DNA from: Aliivibrio fischeri ES114
GTDB taxonomy: Bacteria; Pseudomonadota; Gammaproteobacteria; Enterobacterales; Vibrionaceae
Assembly: GCF_000011805.1 (NCBI RefSeq)
Contig: NC_006840.2
Direction: 5' to 3' (one strand)
Length of the DNA stretch: 32,000 bases
Shown: piece after piece, positions 8,352 to 14,704 of the stretch
Position numbering within the stretch: the first letter of the stretch is position 1
Layout: the number at the start of each line of letters is the position of its first letter
The notes under the pieces: generated by a model
Databases searched by the model: none
Seen by the model: only the letters and a program-made list of their open reading frames with translations
Told to the model about the DNA's origin: nothing
Position numbers and translations under genes: made by a program

Positions 8352-8610
8352 TACCTTCTTAATCTGTATCTCAATTTATACCGCTAAGTGTAATCCTTAT
8401 TTGAAAAATAACTATCCTAGTAAAAAGCAAATCACTATTACTTATTTGTAATAATAACCGTGACAAATAATTTATTATTAAGAATATCAATAATCATCAT
8501 CTACAGAGATCAAGAATTTTATTCAAATCTTCTTAAAAACGAGAAAATTCATTCACATTTTGAATATTAACTTATACAGTACGCACAAATTATTTTTATA
8601 AATTAACATC

Positions 8611-9936
8611 GTGCTGCTAGGTACTTCTTCAACACAAATCTTTTATCACTTGTTAGATCTGGATGATGAACAACAGCAAAAAGTGCTCGACACACTTAAA
8701 GAAAATCAACCAGAAATCCATCAAGAGATCACAGCGTTACTAGGTTCTTCCCCATCAGAGCATTTCTCCGATCTGCTCGGCTTTCACGCGCAACAAACTT
8801 GCCATTTTGATTGGGATTTAAGCAATCAAACGATTGATAAATACCAATTACGTGATGAGTTGGGTCGTGGAGGAATGGGCGTTGTTTATTCTGCACATCG
8901 AGCAAATGGTACTTTTGAACAAGAGTTGGCTATTAAGTTTATTCAGCCAAGTTTTAACAACCTACTCGATAAAAGAGCGCTATTTGAAGAAGCTCAACTT
9001 TTAGCTCGTTTAAATCACCCCTACATTGCAAAAGTATTCGATGGTGGTGAGCACCAAAATCTTGTTTATGTCGTAATGGAAAAAGTGATTGGTTCAACGC
9101 TTAACGATTTTTTAGTAATGCATGAACTATCCAAGGCACAAAAATTACACCTATTTAGTCAAGTTTGTAAGGCTCTCGAACACGCACATCAGCACAATGT
9201 ACTTCATGCGGATCTTAAGCCTGAAAACATATTGATTGATAAGCAACACTCTCCCAAATTAATCGACTTTAACCTTACACAAAAAGTAAAAGAGAGCACG
9301 ATTGAGCCTCAACAAGGCGTGCTTGCCTTTAGTGAGCAATTTGCGAGCCCTGAACAAAAATCAGGTGGGTTTCTTACGCAACAGAGTGATATTTTTTCAC
9401 TCGGAAAGATCTTACATTTGCTATTTCCAGTAACAAATGAAAATGATGATATTCACTGCATCCAAACGAAAGCGATGCAAGAATCATTAGATAAGCGCTA
9501 TCGCTCGGTTTTAGAACTGCGATTAGATATCGAAGCGGTTATCGCTTCTCGTCCAATTAGCTTAAAGCAGCATCGTCCATGCTATACATTAACGTGCCTA
9601 TTAAAACGTAAGCCTATTCCTTCATTTTTATGTGCATTATTAATGATTACAGGCATCGCATTTTCAAGTTTATTAGCACTTAAAAACCATCAGTTAGAAC
9701 AAGAAAAAATCGTTGCTGAAAACATGATGTATGAAGTGACGCAATTACTGTTTCACTCAAAAGGGTCAAGCGTCTCTCAAGCATCGATTAACTCGATGTT
9801 AGAGCTTACTCGTCGCCGAATTTTATCTAATCCAGATTTACCAGCACATATAAAACAGCGAATGTTATTGGCCATGATGACGCCGATCCCAACAAAACAG
9901 AAATTAACCACTCATCATTTCACTAATAATAATTAA
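8611..9936 (+). CDS. pknT: membrane-anchored Hanks-type Ser/Thr protein kinase (PknT-like)
   Basis: 441 aa. Gly loop GRGGMGVVY, LAIKF (catalytic Lys), HADLKPENILID, DFN, SPEQ. One TM segment (FLCALLMITGIAFSSLLAL), then a tail of about 85 aa. GTG start at 8611 is uncertain. Same operon as an ECF sigma factor of the kinase-activated type. Confidence 0.85.
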   Translation: MLLGTSSTQIFYHLLDLDDEQQQKVLDTLKENQPEIHQEITALLGSSPSEHFSDLLGFHAQQTCHFDWDLSNQTIDKYQLRDELGRGGMGVVYSAHRANGTFEQELAIKFIQPSFNNLLDKRALFEEAQLLARLNHPYIAKVFDGGEHQNLVYVVMEKVIGSTLNDFLVMHELSKAQKLHLFSQVCKALEHAHQHNVLHADLKPENILIDKQHSPKLIDFNLTQKVKESTIEPQQGVLAFSEQFASPEQKSGGFLTQQSDIFSLGKILHLLFPVTNENDDIHCIQTKAMQESLDKRYRSVLELRLDIEAVIASRPISLKQHRPCYTLTCLLKRKPIPSFLCALLMITGIAFSSLLALKNHQLEQEKIVAENMMYEVTQLLFHSKGSSVSQASINSMLELTRRRILSNPDLPAHIKQRMLLAMMTPIPTKQKLTTHHFTNNN

Positions 9937-9965
9937 ATTCTCGTTTAGAAAAGGACATTCATAAT

Positions 9966-11393
9966 ATGAAAAACAAACCGTTTTCAGCTCTTTTATTGAT
10001 GCTATTTCTAGGCACTCCTTCTGTTGCTCATGCAGAAATAAAAACGGGATATTTCATCGACTCACCAGTTACTGGTCTTTATTACCAAACAAGCTCACAA
10101 CTGTCTGGAACGACAAATAAAGGGGCTTTTGAGTATCGAACTGGTGATGTGGTGCGTTTTTTCTTAGGTACTGATGAAAATGGTTATCTTATTAGTACAC
10201 TATCAGGCCAAGAAGTAGTTACCCCAACGTTAGCCACCACAACACCAAGTAAAAGTATTAATTTAACTCGGTTATTGCTCTCTCTTGATAGTTCACCAAG
10301 CAACCGAGATGAAATCACTCTAGCAAGTAAGATGCTTTCTAACGTGGATTTTCAACAACGACTTAAACAAATCGATCTCAATGTATTAGACAGTTCTTCT
10401 AAAGAGCTAAATATTGATCTCGTTTCAGTAAAAGAAGCCGTTGAACACTTAAATCTAAGCCAGCAATACATCGAAGATAATTTCACTTCCGATGACATTA
10501 TTTATCAGCCAGTCAATAAACATCTAAAACACATCATCATTAAGAAAAAAGACTGGCAAGGTCGAATGTGTGCTTACGACATTAAATATCAGCATCACCC
10601 AAGATATCGCCCTTCTTTTGGCAATATGGAATATACGGTGACAAATACTCACCTTATCCAATACCCAAGCGCTGGTGATTACTTTAATGGCTGTGAATTA
10701 GATACCAGTCTCCCTGTGATCGCAAACAAAAGTCCTATCTCTGAATTTGAAGGCTTTGGCGGAATGATCGGATGTGCCCCAACAGGATGCACACGTAATG
10801 ACCTTAATGGGTTTACGTTAGACGACTATAACGACGAAGGTGACTGGAAATACCGAACCATCGCTATGAATTTTGATCCTGAAACTGAATTAATGATGGA
10901 AAAAATTCAAGGGTTAGGTCCTAACGAACACGTGCGCCATCAAAATAGAGGTGAACAAATTGCTTTTATTTATCCGATAGATAAAGAAGAAAAAATCCCT
11001 TTTGAAGGCATATGGCAACAAACGCAATATCACGGTCAAAAAATCGAAAAACACTGTTTATTAGTCAAAAATCATCAAGTTCTTAAGCACCCAAAAACAG
11101 GTAAAACCTGCTCAAAAAATGAAGAACAGTACACATTGAATGTGACTAAAGACTACGCCGATATGTGGTGGGTAAACAATAAAGATAATAATGCTCGACT
11201 AGAACAAATGAATTTATTGGTTCGTTGGTATCTCAACGGAAATCAGGTTCAACACACAACATGGGAGTATTTACCCGCAGGTAGAGATTGGAAGCAAGGG
11301 GTTCTCTATCGCTATCGACAAACACTTCAACGCCAGCCAAATGGTATTGAAACTATGGATACATTTTCTGTCTCTGAATTTAGCAAAATATAA
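9966..11393 (+). CDS. secreted protein of unknown function (kinase/sigma operon)
   Basis: 475 aa. Signal peptide MKNKPFSALLLMLFLGTPSVAHA|E. 29 nt after the kinase gene and 11 nt before the sigma gene. Several Cys, Trp/Tyr-rich. No motif I recognise. Confidence 0.75.
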   Translation: MKNKPFSALLLMLFLGTPSVAHAEIKTGYFIDSPVTGLYYQTSSQLSGTTNKGAFEYRTGDVVRFFLGTDENGYLISTLSGQEVVTPTLATTTPSKSINLTRLLLSLDSSPSNRDEITLASKMLSNVDFQQRLKQIDLNVLDSSSKELNIDLVSVKEAVEHLNLSQQYIEDNFTSDDIIYQPVNKHLKHIIIKKKDWQGRMCAYDIKYQHHPRYRPSFGNMEYTVTNTHLIQYPSAGDYFNGCELDTSLPVIANKSPISEFEGFGGMIGCAPTGCTRNDLNGFTLDDYNDEGDWKYRTIAMNFDPETELMMEKIQGLGPNEHVRHQNRGEQIAFIYPIDKEEKIPFEGIWQQTQYHGQKIEKHCLLVKNHQVLKHPKTGKTCSKNEEQYTLNVTKDYADMWWVNNKDNNARLEQMNLLVRWYLNGNQVQHTTWEYLPAGRDWKQGVLYRYRQTLQRQPNGIETMDTFSVSEFSKI

Positions 11394-11404
11394 CGGAATT
11401 AGTC

Positions 11405-11971
11405 ATGAAAACAACAACAGAACTGACACGCATTATTCAAGATTGGCAAGCAGGAAATAAACAAGCTGAAAACCAGTTATATCAATTCGCTTATTTACAG
11501 CTCAGACATATCGCTCAAGAAGAGCGAAAACGTAACGCTGAAAAATTCGGCCAACATAATGATGTTCTGACTGACAGCGTAAATAGCACAACCGCTTTGA
11601 TTCACGACGCTTACCTTAAGCTTTCAAACTCAGAGCTAAGTGATGTAAAAACCAAACGCGATTTCTTTTTAATGGCCACCAAAGTGATGCGCCAAATCTT
11701 GATCGACAATGCCCGTTCACAACAAGCTCAAAAGCGTCAGGCGCTAACCTCAATTCAAGATGATAATGATAAATTTGAACAATTGATCATTATGGATAAA
11801 GCACTTGATAGCTTTAGTGTGCGCTATCCCCGCCAATCAAATGCTCTAAAGTTAAAATATCTTATGGGTATGAAAAACAATGAAATTTGCCAACTTTTAG
11901 AATGCAGCTCAAGCCTAATAGAGAAAGATTTAAAATTCTCTCGCAGCTGGCTTCAAACTCGTATGATGTAA
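11405..11971 (+). CDS. ecfP: ECF-type RNA polymerase sigma factor, kinase-activated class (EcfP-like)
   Basis: 188 aa. N-terminus TELTRIIQDWQAGNKQAENQLYQFAYLQLRHIA is typical of the kinase-linked ECF group. The sigma2.2 region reads DSVNSTTALIHDAYLKL, so the acidic DAED motif is replaced by NSTT, with Thr at residue 63 (nt 11591-11593). C-terminal sigma4 HTH MKNNEICQLLECSSSLIEKDLKFSRSWL. Confidence 0.85.
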   Translation: MKTTTELTRIIQDWQAGNKQAENQLYQFAYLQLRHIAQEERKRNAEKFGQHNDVLTDSVNSTTALIHDAYLKLSNSELSDVKTKRDFFLMATKVMRQILIDNARSQQAQKRQALTSIQDDNDKFEQLIIMDKALDSFSVRYPRQSNALKLKYLMGMKNNEICQLLECSSSLIEKDLKFSRSWLQTRMM

Positions 11972-11977
11972 TTACTA

Positions 11978-13546
11978 ATGAAAAAAAAAGCACTCATTCT
12001 ATTATCAATAAGTACTATTGCTTTAAGTGGTTTTTGGTTGCGCTCTGCTATTTCGTCACCATCCGAACATACCGTGATAGCAGAACCAATTCCATTACCA
12101 ACAATACAAAACACGCCATCTCGTGAAGCATTTTTATCTAGCTTTCATAAAGAAAAAACACAGCTAAATACAGCGCCAAAAAAGGAACGAGATAATGATG
12201 AAACTACAGAGTATTCAGAGAAAATAAATACTCGAAAAACATCGCCTCAAGAAGATAGAGAAGCTGATTTAGAATATAACGCAGATAAAGTACAAAGCCT
12301 CCCACAGTTGAGCTCGACTCAAAAAACAGGAAGTGTTGGCAACCAAAAACCCAAAGTGGATAACGACATACAGCAGCAGTTACAAACCATGATGTATGCG
12401 TGGAATTTAACGCAATCCACACCGGTAAATTATTCATTTAATATCAACGGTCTTTTTTATGATGAGGAGCATGACTTTATTACCACGAGAGTTCGCTTCT
12501 CTTATCCAGGACTTTCTTTAATCAATAGAGGCGAGCTAACCTTAGTTGGTTCCCCTATCGAAAGTGATAAACCAACTCAATTCATTATTTCGGCAAAAGA
12601 TGACTATCATGGAAATAAAGAAAGTGCATGGACTCATGTAAGCTTTGATTTACCCTCAACAGAAGAGTCAAACTCAAGCGTTGAACACCCATTAATTGGG
12701 CATACCCTTTATCGATTAGAAACAACAAATCATTTTGCTGGCCATAGCTATGAGTATGAAGTTGTTTATTGTGAGGCATTTAAATTCATTAATAACCTCG
12801 CTTATTATGCGGCTTCAACCAATAAAAGAACCTGCCCTACAGAAGAATCGTTATCCGAAGTCGGTACCTATGCCATTGATGACAAACACCTCATTGTAAC
12901 AAGCAGCTATTCAGCTTTTGATGCAGAGCAACGTTGGAAAATACTGCATTCCTATGAATCTAGCTTTAATAAAGGTGAAAGCCTACTTACCACGATTCAT
13001 AATGGAAAAGAGTTTGAGACCTACACAATATTAAAAAATAAACGAGCAATGGAATCTCGTTTAAATGTCGTTACTGGGCAAACCCCTTATCAAATGGAAA
13101 AATTTGAATATTTCTTCCCTACAGATAAGCAAGGAAACTACATTAAAGGCACTGCGGGAATGTATATGATGGACTCTAGATTAGTTAATCCAAACTGGTT
13201 CAGCCTAGATTCTGATCTCAATATTCATTCGGATACGCATAACATGACGTGTGATTTTGTTGTCGCTTTTTATCAAAGTTCAACCATGGGTGGTCAAGGA
13301 GCAAGTGGTATAAGTATAACGTCGAGTTCCGTAGCCCCTAACTATATTGACCCACTAGAATGCGAAGAAAGAATTAACCCAAATAATGGCAAACGCTATG
13401 CGTATCTTGACTTAGATTACTCACCTTATGATGAGTTTGTTGATGGGGGGATCTATAGCTACATTTTAAAACCCAAACCAGAATACGCTCATTTAGTGGA
13501 AGAGTTTAAAGTTAACCTAATCTATCACGCTCCAAATTTAAGCTAA
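11978..13546 (+). CDS. exported protein of unknown function (last gene of kinase/sigma operon)
   Basis: 522 aa. N-terminal hydrophobic signal/anchor MKKKALILLSISTIALSGFWL. A low-complexity polar linker of about 100 aa, then a globular region. Starts 6 nt after the sigma gene. Confidence 0.75.
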   Translation: MKKKALILLSISTIALSGFWLRSAISSPSEHTVIAEPIPLPTIQNTPSREAFLSSFHKEKTQLNTAPKKERDNDETTEYSEKINTRKTSPQEDREADLEYNADKVQSLPQLSSTQKTGSVGNQKPKVDNDIQQQLQTMMYAWNLTQSTPVNYSFNINGLFYDEEHDFITTRVRFSYPGLSLINRGELTLVGSPIESDKPTQFIISAKDDYHGNKESAWTHVSFDLPSTEESNSSVEHPLIGHTLYRLETTNHFAGHSYEYEVVYCEAFKFINNLAYYAASTNKRTCPTEESLSEVGTYAIDDKHLIVTSSYSAFDAEQRWKILHSYESSFNKGESLLTTIHNGKEFETYTILKNKRAMESRLNVVTGQTPYQMEKFEYFFPTDKQGNYIKGTAGMYMMDSRLVNPNWFSLDSDLNIHSDTHNMTCDFVVAFYQSSTMGGQGASGISITSSSVAPNYIDPLECEERINPNNGKRYAYLDLDYSPYDEFVDGGIYSYILKPKPEYAHLVEEFKVNLIYHAPNLS

Positions 13547-13562
13547 AAAAATCATAGAGATA

Positions 13563-13600
13563 AATAAAAAAAGAGCGAAGTGTGTCGCTCTTTTTTGTTT
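13563..13600. terminator. bidirectional terminator between convergent genes
   Basis: AAAGAGCGA (13570-13578) / TCGCTCTTT (13585-13593), with an A-run upstream and a T-run downstream. Confidence 0.8.
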
Positions 13601-13613
13601 GGCCTATGATAGG

Positions 13614-14477
13614 CTAAAAACTCCAGAGTGCCTGTAAACCAGTACTGAATGTATGGGTATCCGCCTCTGGCAGCGTTGCATAGCCATTTTTGGTTTCGCG
13701 CTCTGTACAAACACCATCAACCATGGTGATGCACGTTTCAACTAGCACCGCTTGCTTGTCTGTCTCAAAGCGTTTTTCATAACCTAGCATCGCATACCAA
13801 CCAAGGTGTAACCCTTTCATGACTTCGTAGCTAATGGTTCCTTCAATTGAAACTCTCATTCCAAAATCATTAAACGTATTATCTTCAAACTTAGTATTTT
13901 GAGTCACACTATAAATTGGGAGACCTAATACTGCACGTCCGCTCACTTTCCATTTCTTATCACTAAACAGTAAGCCATTATCGTAAGCCACACCCAAATC
14001 AACAAAAATATCGGTCGAGGTTTCTTCCCATGTGCCATAAAACGCTTTATTGGTGAACCCATTATGGTTTCTCATACCGTAGCGAGTATACGTTTGGTAA
14101 GTAAGTGCCGGACCACCGATAACTCGCCACTCGTCAGTAAGTTTGTAGTGCAGTTGAATGTTGGTCGCCGTTTTTAAATATTCAAACTTATTGGTTTGCA
14201 TTAATTGACCATAATACTTCCAATCTTCTTGTGCACTTTGAGGAGAAAATGAAGCCAAGGCATCAATAGAAAAATCAAACTTATCGTTAATGTAATACAA
14301 GCCACCACTGTTCAAAACAGGGTTTGTGATCGTCACCTTAGATTGTGTTCCACCATAATACTCTTGATACGTTACGTTCTCTAAACCAAACGTAAAGTAA
14401 GAATACCCATAGTTTTTGTCTCCCTCATGCGCCATTGCAAAACACGGCAATAAACCTAACCAGTATATTTTTTTCAT
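13614..14477 (-). CDS. outer-membrane beta-barrel protein, family unassigned
   Basis: 287 aa. Signal peptide MKKIYWLGLLPCFAMA|HEG. Alternating aromatic/polar strand pattern throughout. C-terminal OMP signature ...GLQALWSF with a terminal Phe. Confidence 0.75.
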   Translation of the reverse strand: MKKIYWLGLLPCFAMAHEGDKNYGYSYFTFGLENVTYQEYYGGTQSKVTITNPVLNSGGLYYINDKFDFSIDALASFSPQSAQEDWKYYGQLMQTNKFEYLKTATNIQLHYKLTDEWRVIGGPALTYQTYTRYGMRNHNGFTNKAFYGTWEETSTDIFVDLGVAYDNGLLFSDKKWKVSGRAVLGLPIYSVTQNTKFEDNTFNDFGMRVSIEGTISYEVMKGLHLGWYAMLGYEKRFETDKQAVLVETCITMVDGVCTERETKNGYATLPEADTHTFSTGLQALWSF

Positions 14478-14704
14478 TTTTCGTCCCTAGATGTATTTTG
14501 GGGTGCGAAATATGAGTGATTCATTCCAAAAAACCAATAGTGCTATTGATAAAAAAATAAAATAAATTTTACGGTTTTTTTCCTATTTTCCGTGTCTTGT
14601 TTTGTTTTTTGAACCGGCGTAAAAGTGTCGCACTTTTGAGTTTTACAAATAAATAAACATGTATTGAGGGAAAGGCTACCCTCATCAAAAAGGATTGAGA
14701 CAGA

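Noticed and set aside
11887-12126. 79-aa ORF spanning the sigma-factor 3' end and the next gene's 5' end.
   Set aside because: It overlaps two better-supported genes out of frame, and its composition is not protein-like.
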